64,000 nt of DNA from positions 71,734,001-71,798,000 of the forward strand of contig NC_058373.1 of assembly GCF_018350175.1 (NCBI RefSeq), written 5' to 3'. The translations under genes were made by a program, and so were the position numbers. Origin of the DNA: Felis catus (Eukaryota). The notes below the pieces were generated by a model. The model ran no database searches. It was not told the DNA's origin and saw nothing but the letters and a program-made list of their open reading frames with translations. Numbering within the stretch: the first letter of the stretch is position 1; each line of letters starts with the position of its first letter. Shown here piece by piece: positions 25,818 through 38,771 of the stretch.

Positions 25818-27359
25818 CAGCAGCATGGCATTAGCCTGGGAGTGGCTGGGCAAAGAGCAGTGGCTGCGGCGATAGAATGAGAAAGCAGAGGGTAGCTACC
25901 TCATATCCCTGGGGTGAGGTTGCTTGTGTGAGGGGCTTTCTTCACTCCCATCTTCTCCCACTATTTTGTCTTCTTGCTCACCCCTTTCTAATTTTTCTCT
26001 TTTCCCTTCTGCCAGACTCCCTGATCAGTCCTTGGCCTGATACCTGACCCTTTTTGTTCTCCCTAATCTTGTCCCCCTTCCTCCATCTTTTTCTCTTGCC
26101 CCTTACATGTGGTGTAGGAGAACTGGCAAAATTATCCCACTGACTGCAAAGTGAAGCAGATCTTGGAAGCTGGATACTTTGGGCAAATAAACAAAATCAC
26201 CTGCCTTCTCCAAATAATTGAGGCAAAGTAGGGGTTTCAGCTTGAATTGTGCAGATGGTAGTTTCAACCCTTTAATTTTTGGGTGCAAACCTAAACCTTT
26301 ACTGTCTCTCCCTTTCGGCCTGAGACACAGTAGGGCTGTGTTTTACTTTCATGCAGCACTAAGGTGGCCTTCTGGAGAACCCAGCATAATGGATTTGAAG
26401 AGCAAACTGGGATAATTATAATGACAGGAAAACACAAGAGCACAGGGCAGTGCAAGTCGTGGTTTGGAAACATCGCACTCTAGAATAATGAGAAGTGAGG
26501 AGTCCTGGCTAGGAATTCAAATGAGCTCTTTCCCACCCCCCTACCTACCCCCCCCCCCTCCAGTCCAGGGCTGGACAGGCCTGTGCTGATCCACATTCTG
26601 TCCACAGTCTGCTTTAAACCATGAATTTTATTTCCAAACATTTGCATTTCTACAGCAGCAGAGGCATAATTCTCTATCCAGAAGTTCAAACTGCAAAGAT
26701 TCAGGCACCTTAACAAAGCAGTGAATGCTGTTCCACAGCCAAGGTCTCCCTGAGGGCAGAGCACAGGAGCCAGAGACCTTTGTGAACTTGCTCCTGGTTC
26801 TCTGTCACCATCTAGTGGTGCTTCCCATCTCCAACACCACCTTTTCTTCCAAAAATCATCCTGACCCTCAGCAGGTCACTCCATCTACTAAAATCATGTT
26901 CCACCGCCCTCAAAACAAAAATCTCCTCTTCTCGACTTGAAATTCTGACTTCTAGACCAGAACACAAACTTTACAATCAAGGACGTTCACATGGCTTCGC
27001 TACAGTTATAATCTACAACAAGGGCCTTTTGCTTCCTCTGCTTAGAACACCCCCACCCCCAGGGCCTCCCCAGTGTGTGCAGAGTAAAAGTCAGAATCCT
27101 TTACAGGTCTCTGAGGCTTTCCATGATCTGGCCACTGGTCCCTCTCTGACGCATCTTTCACCTGCTCTGATCATCCTTTACCTGCTCCAGCCACGCTGGC
27201 CTCCTTGCTGTTCCAACACCCAGGCATCTGTCTGCTTTAGGGCCTTTGCAGTGCTGTTCTGTTTGGACCACTGTTCCCCACATAAGCACAAATTCACTTT
27301 CTCATCTTCAGGTCTTTGTCCCAGCATCGCCTACCTTAACGTCCCTGTTTAAAAATCAC

Positions 27360-27670
27360 NNNNNNNNNNNNNNNNNNNNNNNNNNNNNNNNNNNNNNNNN
27401 NNNNNNNNNNNNNNNNNNNNNNNNNNNNNNNNNNNNNNNNNNNNNNNNNNNNNNNNNNNNNNNNNNNNNNNNNNNNNNNNNNNNNNNNNNNNNNNNNNNN
27501 NNNNNNNNNTAACATTAACAANNNNNNNNNNNNNNNNNNNNNNNNNNNNNNNNNNNNNNNNNNNNNNNNNNNNNNNNNNNNNNNNNNNNNNNNNNNNNNN
27601 NNNNNNNNNNNNNNNNNNNNNNNNNNNNNNNNNNNNNNNNNNNNNNNNNNNNNNNNNNNNNNNNNNNNNN
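27360..27670. other. Assembly gaps (also 34690-34827, 38166-38376, 41477-41638, 53940-54069)
   Basis: Runs of N. Confidence 1.
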
Positions 27671-28510
27671 TTTCACTACTAGATATTTATCCAAAGATAC
27701 AAAAATGCTGAGCCAAAGGGACACATGCACCCCAATGTTTATAGCAGCACTATCAACAATAGCCAAAGTATGGAAAGAGCCCAAATGTGCATCGACAGAT
27801 GAATGGATAAAGAAGATGTGGTATATATACAATGTAATATTAGTTGGCGATCAAAAATAATGCAATCCTGCCATTTGCAATAATGTGGATGGAACTAGAG
27901 TGTATTATGCTAAGTGAAATAAGTCAGTTTAGTCAGAGAATGACAAACATCTAATTTCACTCATATGTGGAATTTAAGAAACAAAACAGATGAACAAAGG
28001 GGAAGGGAAGCAAAAATAAGATAAAAACAGAGAGGGAAGGGTGACTGGGTGGCTCAGGCGGTTAGGTGACCGACTCTTGGGTTTGGCCCAGGTCATTATC
28101 TTACGGTTTGTGAGTTCAAGCCCCACATCAGGCTCTGTGCTGGTAGCATGGAGCATGCTTGGGACTCTCTGTCTCCATCTCTCTCTGCCCCTATCCCACT
28201 CACGCCATCTCTGTCTCTCTCAAAAATAAAATTAAAAAAAAAAAAAAAACAGAGGGAGACAAACTATAAGAGACTCTTAAATACAGAGAACAAACTGAGG
28301 GTTGCTGGAAGGGTTGTGGGAGTGGGGATGGGCTAAATGGGTAAGGGGCATTAAGGAGGACACTTGTTGGGATGAACACTGGGTGTTTATTTAGGTGATG
28401 AATCACTAAATTCTATTCTTGAAATCATTATTAAACTGTATGTTAACTAACTTGGATTTAGATTATTTAAATATTTAAAAAGAAATACATACACTTTGCT
28501 GAATAAGAAA
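27671..28510 (+). mobile_element. L1 (carnivore) 3' end with a SINEC inserted at about 28038-28249
   Basis: L1 ORF2 C-terminus and 3'UTR (CCCAATGTTTATAGCAGCAC...GATGAATGGATAAAGAAGATGTGG); the SINE has TSD-like AAAAACAGAG flanks. Confidence 0.9.
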
Positions 28511-29693
28511 AAAAATCACTGCCTACCGACTTTCCTCTTGTTCTACCTTTTTTCTTAGCAATTATCACTTCAAGCAAAGTGTATGTTTATTTTTTACTAT
28601 CTTTCTCCCAGTGGAATGTAAGCTCCACCACAGGTAGGGATGTTTGTCTCTTTTATTCACTGATCTATGTGCCTCAGCACATAACGCTCAATACATACGT
28701 GTTTACTGCATGGATGAACATGAACTCAGTGTTCTGAGATCAACTACTACTTACAGATGAATCCTGAAAACAAAACTGTTGTTCATCTCAGTTTCCCGGG
28801 CCTTCCTACCCACAGATGGTGATGATTCTATTCCTCAGTGTCTCGGTTCTCCTGAGTGCCCTGTGCCAAGCTCACTAGAGCCCCCAGACCAGTCCACCTC
28901 AGGCTTTCCACACAGCTAGAACTACCCCAAGGAACAAGGCTTGCAAGATAAAGGCCTGTGGCAGAATGAGGCAACTGCCACCCCCAACGGCATTTTCAAA
29001 TTTGGATGATGTTTAAATTTTGAAAATTTTAACAAAGTAAGGAGGAAAAGAGTGAGGGATGAAAGGTGTTGGGGGCCCTCTCCAGGTAAAGTCAGGTGGC
29101 CCTGCTCAGCACCTGGCACTGAGGGGCCCAGAGGAGTGAGTGACCACAGAATAGCTGAGTTGGGGTGGTGCTGGGCATCGTGACTGTGATGAATCATCCA
29201 CTTCCCTGTCTCCTCCATCTCCTCCAAAAGATAAGCAGGAAGTCCTGATGACAAGAAATCATACAAATATTCTAGGCTGTTCTCTCTGCATCTCATCAGG
29301 TCAGAGAAAAAGCCATCCTTACCACTGCAGGGACTGGCTCTTCCCGTATAATGAACCAAAGGTGTATATGGGGGATAAATGGCAGCTCTCTTGAAATTCG
29401 TTTGGGGTTGACACCTGGGTCAGGTGCTTTATTAGAGTCATTAAAACCACGTGGCTGGGGGCCAAATCTATTCTTTAAGCATGAGGTTTGAAGCTTCCTC
29501 ATTGCCAAACCTGTTTAGGCAGGTACACTAGCTCCATAGGTATCCACTTATTTGGGACATGTAGGTGGAAAGGCATGAACCTGATTCATTTCCTGATCCA
29601 GGATGGCTCCCCAGCCCGCCCTCAAACAGAAGCAACGTAGCTCAGGCCAGCTCTTAAGGAGTTAAAAGGCAAGTGATCTGAGGCCAGTGGCAG

Positions 29694-30202
29694 GTAGGGG
29701 CAGCCTAAACAGGGGCTAAGCTGGAGCTGCAGAACTCAGTGAGGAGGTGAGACCTGTGGAGGGACCTCGGTGAGGAGAGAGGACAGAGCAGGGACAGGCT
29801 CTGATGAGAGTGAGGGATGAGATAGACAAAGGAAGAAGGGATAAGGACACACACACAGGACAGAGGAGAGTGATGCCAGGATGGAGGCACAGAGTGGGGA
29901 CACGGGGGCCAGGGGGTGTCATGGAGTAGATGAGACACAGAGCCAATGGATAAGGGCACAAAGAGGATGGGGCTTGAGGGAGAGGAGATAGAACAAAGAG
30001 TAGGAGGACAGAATGAGGGAAGACAGGATGCAAGGTGAGGGGGATGGGGTCACAGTGGGTGAGAAGGGCACCCAGAGCAGGGAAGAAGGAATGAGACCCC
30101 TGGGTGAGGGAAGAAGGAGGCAGTAGTGGAGGGTAACAGTGGTGAGATAGAAGGAGCGCATACAGGAAGACTAATTTCTCACCTCTTGTTCTCTATCCCC
30201 AG
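29694..30202 (+). other. RNASE7: Probable RNASE7 intron 1 (5'-UTR intron)
   Basis: Donor CAG|GTAGGG at 29694, branch-like CTAAT near 30170, polypyrimidine tract and CCCCAG| acceptor at 30202. This fits the typical two-exon RNase A gene layout. Confidence 0.6.
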
Positions 30203-30241
30203 CAAACCCAGCCCTCCGTCCTGACTGTTCCCCTGAGAGAG

Positions 30242-30703
30242 ATGGCAGCAGCCAGAGCAGGATTCAGCCCTCTGCTCCTGCTCCTGCTGCTGGGGCTGTG
30301 GCTAGCTGAGGTCCCAGTCAGTGCCAAGCCCAGCAACATGACCGCAGCTCAGTGGTTTGCAACGCAGCACGTGCAGCCCAAACCCCAGGGATGCGACACT
30401 GCAATGAACAACATCAACAAATACACGAAACGCTGCAAAGACTTCAACACCTTCCTGCATGAATCCTTCTCCAGTGTGGCCACCACCTGTCAGACCCCCA
30501 CCATAGCCTGCAAGAATGGCCGTAAAAACTGCCACCAGAGCCAAAGGCCTGTGTCTCTGAGCACATGTAAGCTCACCTCGGGGAAGTATCCAAACTGCAA
30601 GTACAAAAAGAAGCAACTGGTCGCTTCTTACATTGTAGCCTGTGACGCTCCCCAGGCAGGAGGCTCTGGGAAATTCAAGCTGGTCCCTGTGCACTTGGAC
30701 TAG
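30242..30703 (+). CDS. RNASE7: Ribonuclease 7 (secreted cationic RNase A family), 153 aa
   Basis: 28-aa signal peptide; mature protein starts KPSNMT at 30326. Catalytic H15 (TQH), K38 (CKDFNTF) and H123 (PVHLD) and 8 Cys are present. Mature chain has 15 K + 3 R versus 5 D/E. Candidate polyA signals at 31252 and 31710. Confidence 0.92.
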   Translation: MAAARAGFSPLLLLLLLGLWLAEVPVSAKPSNMTAAQWFATQHVQPKPQGCDTAMNNINKYTKRCKDFNTFLHESFSSVATTCQTPTIACKNGRKNCHQSQRPVSLSTCKLTSGKYPNCKYKKKQLVASYIVACDAPQAGGSGKFKLVPVHLD

Positions 30704-30775
30704 GTCCTTTAGGTTTGCAGCCTTCCTCCCTCATGGGCTGTACCTTAATTCCCTCTCCAGGCCTCTGTGCAAGTC

Positions 30776-30980
30776 TTTTTTTTTTTTTTAATGTTTATTT
30801 ATTTTTGAGAGAGAGAGAGACAGTGAGGGGGAGGGGCAGAGAGAGAGAGGGACAGAGGATCCAAAGTGGGCTCTGCATTGACAGAGGCGAGCCCAATGCA
30901 GAGCTCAAACTCACAAACCTTGAAATCATGACTTGAGCCAAAGGCAGATACTCAACTGACTGAGCCACCCAGGCGCCCCT
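30776..30980 (-). mobile_element. SINEC in the RNASE7 3'UTR
   Basis: Reverse SINEC about 70 nt after the stop codon. Confidence 0.9.
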
Positions 30981-32997
30981 CTGTGCCACTCTTCATATGT
31001 CCAGAAGGTTCTTTTCCTCTCATCTCTTAGGGCCCTTCCTAGCTCTTCTGAGAGGCTGAGGGTGAGCTGAGGTAGACAGGTTGGAGGGCTAAGCTCCAGA
31101 ACAGATGGTCTTTCATCTTTTTGTTGCTGTTTTCCCGGAAGCTTACCCTCAAGAGAGGGGTTGAGCAAGCTAAGAGTATGGGTTCCCTGGCCTGTGCCTT
31201 GTACATCTCTCCCCTGTCCCCTCTTTTCATGGCAGCGTGACAAGAGGGGGAAATAAATGGACAAGAAGGGTATGGGATTTATGGACAGAGCTGCTCCGGT
31301 TCCTAAACCAGGAATCTTCCCCAGATAACGTGGTAGTGACATGGCCTGTGTGTGGAGAGGCAGCTGGGAAGAAAGAAAACAAAGTACCACTTCATATTTA
31401 TGTAGCATTTTAGGCTTTCATAGTGGAGCCACATGAGTTCTTGTGAGATAGACTTGAGAGGGATTATGTGCCTTCTTTAGGGCAGGAAATTGAGATTTGA
31501 GAAAGTGTAATTCATTAAAAAGCTTGTCAAACTGGTTAGTGGCAGAACCTGGACTTGCACTTAGGACTCCTTATTCTAAATACGGTGTACTTTGTACTTG
31601 ACCATTGTGCAAAAAAGGAGAGACCTCTATAGGGACTAGAGAACTAGGTAAGAGTTCACCCATATCCCCTGAGAGCTCTCCGAAGAGCCAGTTGTCCTGT
31701 GCTGGCTGCAATAAAGGTCACTACGTCTCTAGCCAAGAGCTGTTTATGAGGTTCTCCAGGGATCTTAATCCATTCTCTCTCTGCCTCTCTAACCGGGCTC
31801 CCCCTTCTCCAGCCCACTGTTCTTCCGACCCAGCCCCCCCACCCCCCCACCCCGGGCCTGGCTGTGGCTAGATCCCTTTGGCCTGAAGGCATAGGGTCAG
31901 GGGAGTGTCCCAGCTTCATTCCCCTGCTCCAGGATCACATTTCCCTTGACCTCAAGGGACTTCCGTGGCCCAGAGCCTGCTGGTCACAAACAGGCTGGTG
32001 GGAGCTGCCAGAGCTTCCTTCCTCTGATAATGATCTCTCCTGCCTCGGTGCTTCTCTGGCTCTCCAATCTGGCGGTCTGCCCAGGCCGGAGGGCTTGAGA
32101 TGTGGAAATGCCATCTCCCTGTCCCCCCAGGTGTAGACACCACTTCTCCCTCTCTAGTGAGCAGAACTGGAGAAGCTGTGGCTTTACACTGGCTCTGTTC
32201 TGATAGTGTCCCCCACCCCCCGCCACCACATTGCCTGCAGCCCTCACCATCATCAGCACATTCTCTATTTCAGTCCTAAACTGACTATGCCCATGCCCAC
32301 CCTACTTCACTGTCCAATTACCTTGTTAGACTTTCCCTTCCCAGCTGGGGAGTCTGTTCCCTACCTGTCCCTCCCCGACACCACCCATGCTCCTGTACTC
32401 CTTACCAGAGTTAGAGTCAGTTTTGGAGACAGATAAAATTGGGTGTAAATCTTGGTTGGCTCAGTGTTCCTGGCCAAGTGACCTCGAGCAAACTACTGAA
32501 CCTCTCTGCAGCTGTGCTTCCATACAGCAAAATGGGAGTGATACCACCTACCCAATAGGATTGCAGGAAAATTTAGAAATGATATTTATGATGCCTTAAG
32601 CAGCCCTCAGCCCTGGTAGGCAATTAATAATGACCACTAGTAGTAACAAATAGTTGTCCAGTCAAATCCACGGTGGCAAACATGCCGACGAAGGCAAATG
32701 CCCCACTCAACTTTCCTTGAAGGCCTTCTTCTGCTAGAGTGATGTTCATGAGTAGCTAGAGGACAAGTCTGCAGAGTCCTGCTGGGTGGGCTGGTGTTTG
32801 GAGAGGAGGCGGAGGGAAGGTAGGGAGGGGATGATCAAAAGAAAGAGCGGAACGTTGAACAATTCAAGCAGAACGTGGGGCACTACGTTGCTGAGTCTTG
32901 GAAGTAGAGGTGCACTAAATACACATTGTGGCCAGATTCCAAATTACAAAGTGTAAATCTATATATCCTATGGTCATTATACTCTGCGTTTATCACT

Positions 32998-33206
32998 TTA
33001 TTTTTTTAATGTTATTTGTTTTTGAGAGAGAGCACACACGCACAAGCGGGGGAGGAGCAGAGAGAGAGGGACAGAGGATCCAAAGCGGGTTCTGTGCTGA
33101 CAGAGGTGAACCAGATGAGGGACTGGAACTCACCATGAGCCAAACCCTGAGATCATGACCTGAGCCGAAGTCAGATGCTCAACAAACTGAGCCACCCAGG
33201 CACCCC
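32998..33206 (-). mobile_element. SINEC
   Basis: Reverse SINEC, TSD TTTATCACTTTA. Confidence 0.9.
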
Positions 33207-34589
33207 ATTTATCACTTTAAATAGATGGTTTCAATGAGGTGCATAGAAAGCAAGATACTTGGGGGTATTGACTTTTTCCCTTTTTTTTTCACAACTCTTT
33301 ATATATTAATATAAATATAAATTGTATAAGTTGATATATACCATATATAAATTATATATATATTGATGTTTTTTCTTATGGATATTATGGTTTTGAAGAC
33401 CTCCTCCTCACAAAATTTTGAAGTGGCTATAATGATGCTTTTAGTGCATCCTCTCAAAATGAAAAGAATTTCCAGATAAAACTTTTTCTTAAAAGATTCA
33501 TGACCTAAATAGTACTAAGTAACTAAAAATCAAGCATAATTCCAAAGTAATCTGTGGTGATGGAGTTCAAAATAGTGGTATATTGGGGAGTACTAACTGG
33601 CAAGGGGTAAGAGGTAAGCTGGAAATGTTCTTTCTTGGTCTGGATGTTTACTTTGTGAAAACCCATTGAGTTGTACACTTAAGATTTGTATAGTTAACTG
33701 TATGTAAATTACACCTCAATAAAAAATCCTTCTGAATGTATAGCTCTTAACAATTATTTTACTTAACATGATAAATGCTAATACACCAATCAATTCTATA
33801 AAGATTATGATATAATGGAATCATAGATGGAATTATGATCTAGTTAAATTTCTGTTGCTCTGCTTTATACTATTTTTTGAATTGAATAGTACTTATACTA
33901 TTTATTAAATTGTTATAAATACTTTGGCTCAAAAAGTATATGAGGTTCTTCTTAAAGTTGTCCGGCTAATACACTACCTCTTCTCATATATTAACTGTCA
34001 ACTGATTTTCCTATTTTATGTGAAAATTCTTCATTGTTTTATATATAATATAATCTTTTACAATCATTAATTATTCAGCATTTTTCTTAAAATAATAAGT
34101 GTGCGTTTATACTTCTACTGACAGAATTTCGACACTTAAAAATTCATAAGGAAAATTTCACTCTAAGTTACATCTAGAATGCCCACTAATATTTGAAAGT
34201 GATTCAGATATTAACGATGAATCCAAATGACTTGTTTGTTCTCATCACTGATGATTTAACTGATTAGGTTTGACAGTCACCCATTCCTTCACATGACTTT
34301 GATCACAGCCAAGTTGAGAGATGCCAAGAATAATGTTGAAATAAGCATTTGACTATTCAACTTTCCAAAGGTCAAAGGTGAGGTCCAAAGTGAATAACAG
34401 GTTTGGGCCAACTACTAAGGCTGGCTGAAGCCTGATGCAGTCCTACCTGATGGCTGAAGGATGGGAAAAGGAGGCTGATTAGTTATTAAACATTGCTGTT
34501 TCTGGGAGTGGGGGCTTGGGGAGGGGAGGAGAGTGTGTAGGGGAACATTGTCCAGCCTTGTGTAGGTGGCTTTAAAGGAAATTGTTTCA

Positions 34590-35060
34590 GGGTTCCTGCG
34601 TGGCTCAGTCAGTTAAGCATCTGGCTCTTGATTTTGGCTCAGGTCAGGATCTCACAGTTTGTGGGTTTGAGCCCTGTGCTGTCAGAGCANNNNNNNNNNN
34701 NNNNNNNNNNNNNNNNNNNNNNNNNNNNNNNNNNNNNNNNNNNNNNNNNNNNNNNNNNNNNNNNNNNNNNNNNNNNNNNNNNNNNNNNNNNNNNNNNNNN
34801 NNNNNNNNNNNNNNNNNNNNNNNNNNNCCTAATATGGAGCAGACATGGAATCCAGAAAAGAAAGTAACCCAAAGGGCACCTGGGTGGCTCAGTTGGTTGA
34901 GTGTATGACTCTTGATTTCATCTCATGTCATGATCCCAGGGTCATGGGATCAAGCCCTACATCAGGCTCCATGCTGAACATGGAGCCTACTGAAGATTCT
35001 CTCTCTCCCTCTGCCCCTCTCCCCTACTTGCTCTCTCTCTTTCTCAAAAAGAAAAGAAAG
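34590..35060 (+). mobile_element. Two SINECs (the first is interrupted by an assembly gap)
   Basis: SINE heads at about 34590 and 34873. Confidence 0.8.
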
Positions 35061-38000
35061 TAACCCCAGAACTGGTTCTAGAGCTCACTCACTTTCCTAC
35101 AAGTAAAAACTGAGGTATATTAGGTAGGAAACTTTTCTACATCACCCTGGTTTCCCAGAGTCTCCATACACTGAAGTAAATGACCCATAGACATTACAAA
35201 GAGGGCCAGCTGAGTCAATGTGAAAAAAAGGGTCCTGACTCAAGGGCAGAATGTAGGAAGAGGAAATGCCCTTGAGATGAGGCCCTTCTCCACACATTAA
35301 TTCATAGTGTCAATGGCTTTCTTCATCGGATCTATGGCTCTAAGAGAATAACTCTAGTGCTAAGGCAAGAAATACACCAATGACAATAACATCCAGGGAT
35401 GTTCCTTTGAGAGAGCCTTGGCCCATTCTTATGCTCTTGCAGCTTTCAAAAGGACTTTGAAGACTTTAGATCCTCAGTCTTTTAAAGGTCTCCTCCTACC
35501 CCCATCCCACCATGGAAGTTAGAAAGAAGAGCAGATACAGCTCTTGCCAGGATGCTTACCTGTGCAAGACTCCAAAGCCAGTAAGCCTAGGAGCATCCAT
35601 GAAGCCACAGGAGCATGAGAACACATCACTAACAGGGCCTTGTAGGAAGCCCTTGGTTCACAAGAGGAGAGGTGAAGAAAGATGTCTACCCCTAAAGGAA
35701 ATACACACTGTGATGGAAAATCCTCCTGACTTAGGGAGATGGGAATTTCCTATCTATATAAAGCTAACCTACTTCATGGGAGTATCAGGTAGATTAAATG
35801 TGACAATATTTTTAAAGTACTTAGTACAGTGGCTGGCATGTAGGAAAAGTTCAAGAGGTGTTATCATATTTATTACTGTGGTGTCAAATGTTGGGTGGCC
35901 AAATCTGTGATGGATGGAGCAGGCGTGACTTCCGTGACAGAAGAACAAAGGATTTCAACAGAGGCCAAACTCCTCCTCAGCCTTCCTTTGCCAACTGTAG
36001 TTCCTAGCCAAGAGTGGATAAAGCAAGGCTCAAGGTCAGACAAAAAGGACAATATGCATTCATCCCTCTAGGAAAAGTAATTTGGAGTGGGGTGGGGTAG
36101 GGAGCAATACTTTCAAATGGGACCAAAAAAAAGGGGGGGGGGGTGGTGGCTATCAAGTATTTCTGTTAAGACTACTTTACTTAAGGGGTTTTTTTTCTTT
36201 CCCCCAACTCTACCTTCCGTGAATCAAAAGATATAAAAAAAGGCATAGGATTTAGGGCCACCAACTTTTGAGGGTGTCCACCATGTCAGCTCCTCTCCAA
36301 AGGATTCAAGTATCACAGCAATTGATGGAGAAAGCGCTCTAGTGACATTTCCAATTTTCCCTCCTGAGACATTTAAACCAGTCCTCAGGTGAGTTTAGTA
36401 TGCCCTCACCTCCATCATGGAAGACCTCTTACATTTTTCCCACTCTCTGATTCAGTTCCCTTTCATACTTTGTCTTCCATTACTCAAAACTGCCACCAGT
36501 GCCCATGGGTCATCGTCCTCCACTGCTTTCCAATGGACTTCCAGTGGGAAAGCATCATAGCTGTCACTTTCTATGGTCTTCACATAGAAACTTAGTTGAG
36601 CTTACGCATTTAAAACGTAAACTGACCTGGTGTAAATTAGTACAGATTCCTGCTCAGGCCATGGCATTTAGCACAAGACAGATCTACATGTCTTCGTAGC
36701 TTTAGACTCTTTCAGCAGATATTCATAAAATTATAATGTTACAAGAGATTGTATCCACTGACCTCAGACACCATCTAGTTCAGCCTTCTCCATTTTGCAA
36801 ATGAGAAAAGTAAAACCCAGAGGACTTAAACACCTTGTCCAAGATCACGTGGCTAATTTAAGTAAGTACTCAGGTATCTTCAACCAGTCCAGTGATATTT
36901 ACAAACTGACATTCTAATTAATTGTCCCAAATGGATCTCAGACATTTTCCAAGGTCAAAATCACTATCCATGGATTGGCAAATGAATCTGCAAATGGGCA
37001 GATTCCTGGACTTGAGACAAAAGCACGTTCATCCCAAAGAGTGTTCAGTGTCCATAATCCTGACATGTTTACATTTCTGCCTCTCACCCGCGGACCACAT
37101 CCCCTTCAGCTGAATGTTCATATTGTGTCAGTGAGATGGGGAAAAACATAGTACCCAAGAACTTGATTATAAACTAGTCAAGCATGTCCTTGGGTCATGT
37201 CACTGGCTATTGGACACATAAGTAAGGGCATGCAGCAGGAACAAAGGTCTTCACTTCCTATCTGCTATTTGGGGCCAGGGTGAAAACATTGCAGAGATGC
37301 CACTTGGTGGACCTCCAGGTGGGTCTGAGACATCCCCAAATATTTTATCTTTGGTAAAGGTCACCATTCCTTACGTTCAAAGTTGGTATACTCAGGGCTG
37401 GGTTTTCATGGTCAACTAGAGCCCCCAGAGCAATGTTTCTCAGACTTTGCTAGAAATGTGCTAGAAATGACAGAGGAGAATTAATTAAAACACCTTAAGG
37501 CGTGCCTAGCAACAAGAGCCTTCTCTGAAGCCTCCTTTTTTCACTTAACTAATATTCATAGAATAGACATATGCATAAATGTCTTATATGTTATCTTAAA
37601 ATTTCATTGTGGGTAATAGATCAATGCTAATTTCCTGGTTTTGATGGCTGTGCTGTGTTTATGTGGGCCAGGGTATTTGTAACTGGGAAATACTCTCATA
37701 TGAAGGGGTAATGGAGCATCATGTCTGTAACCTATTCTCAGTAGTTCAGGATTGTCAATAATTGGGGGATATGGTTGGAGCGTATAGGGAAGTTCTGTGT
37801 ACTCTTTCTGAAACTTACATATAAATTTGAAATTATTTCAAAGCAAAAACATTTTAAATTGAAAAAAATCGGTAATTTGAATTTTTCAACATACTCCATC
37901 ATACAGTTTTATTTTATGTAAAAATAGTACTTTAAATTACTTCCTCTCCCCCCAAAATAATTTCAGGAAAATTGGGAAAGAATACATTTATGTTGTGTCT

Positions 38001-38513
38001 TTGTATACCTGGTATACATCTGCATTCAGTCAAGGGTAGGAGTACACTGGCCTTAATGGGATTTTCCTTAACTTGCTCTCAATGGGCCTTAGTCTCTGAC
38101 CAGTATTTCTTTTCAAGAACTAGATGAGGAAGATAAGATAGTTATGGGGCAAGGGCAGTAGGAAGNNNNNNNNNNNNNNNNNNNNNNNNNNNNNNNNNNN
38201 NNNNNNNNNNNNNNNNNNNNNNNNNNNNNNNNNNNNNNNNNNNNNNNNNNNNNNNNNNNNNNNNNNNNNNNNNNNNNNNNNNNNNNNNNNNNNNNNNNNN
38301 NNNNNNNNNNNNNNNNNNNNNNNNNNNNNNNNNNNNNNNNNNNNNNNNNNNNNNNNNNNNNNNNNNNNNNNNNNNNTTTGGAACAGTGACTGGAACATAG
38401 AAACCCCTCAATAAATATTAGCTATGATCATTTTTATCACTGTTGTTTTTGTCATCCCTGGGAGGTCCAAATGCTGCACACAGGCTCGTAGTAAGTCAAA
38501 GGCCACAAAAAGT

Positions 38514-38739
38514 GGGGCGCCTGGGGGCGCCTGGGTGGCGCAGTCGGTTAAGCGTCCGACTTCAGCCAGGTCACGATCTCGCGGTCCTGGAGTTCGAGCC
38601 CCGCGTCGGGCTCTGGGCTGATGGCTCAGAGCCTGGAGCCTGTTTCCAGTTCTGTGTCTCCCTCTCTCTCTGACCCTCCCCTGTTCATGCTCTGTCTCTC
38701 TCTGTCCCAAAAATAAATAAATGTTGAAAAAAAAAAAAA

Positions 38740-38771
<32 letters not shown>

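Noticed and set aside
27246-27832. ORFs spanning N runs (also near 34.6, 38.2, 41.4 and 53.9 kb)
   Set aside because: Artefacts of assembly gaps and flanking L1 or SINE sequence.
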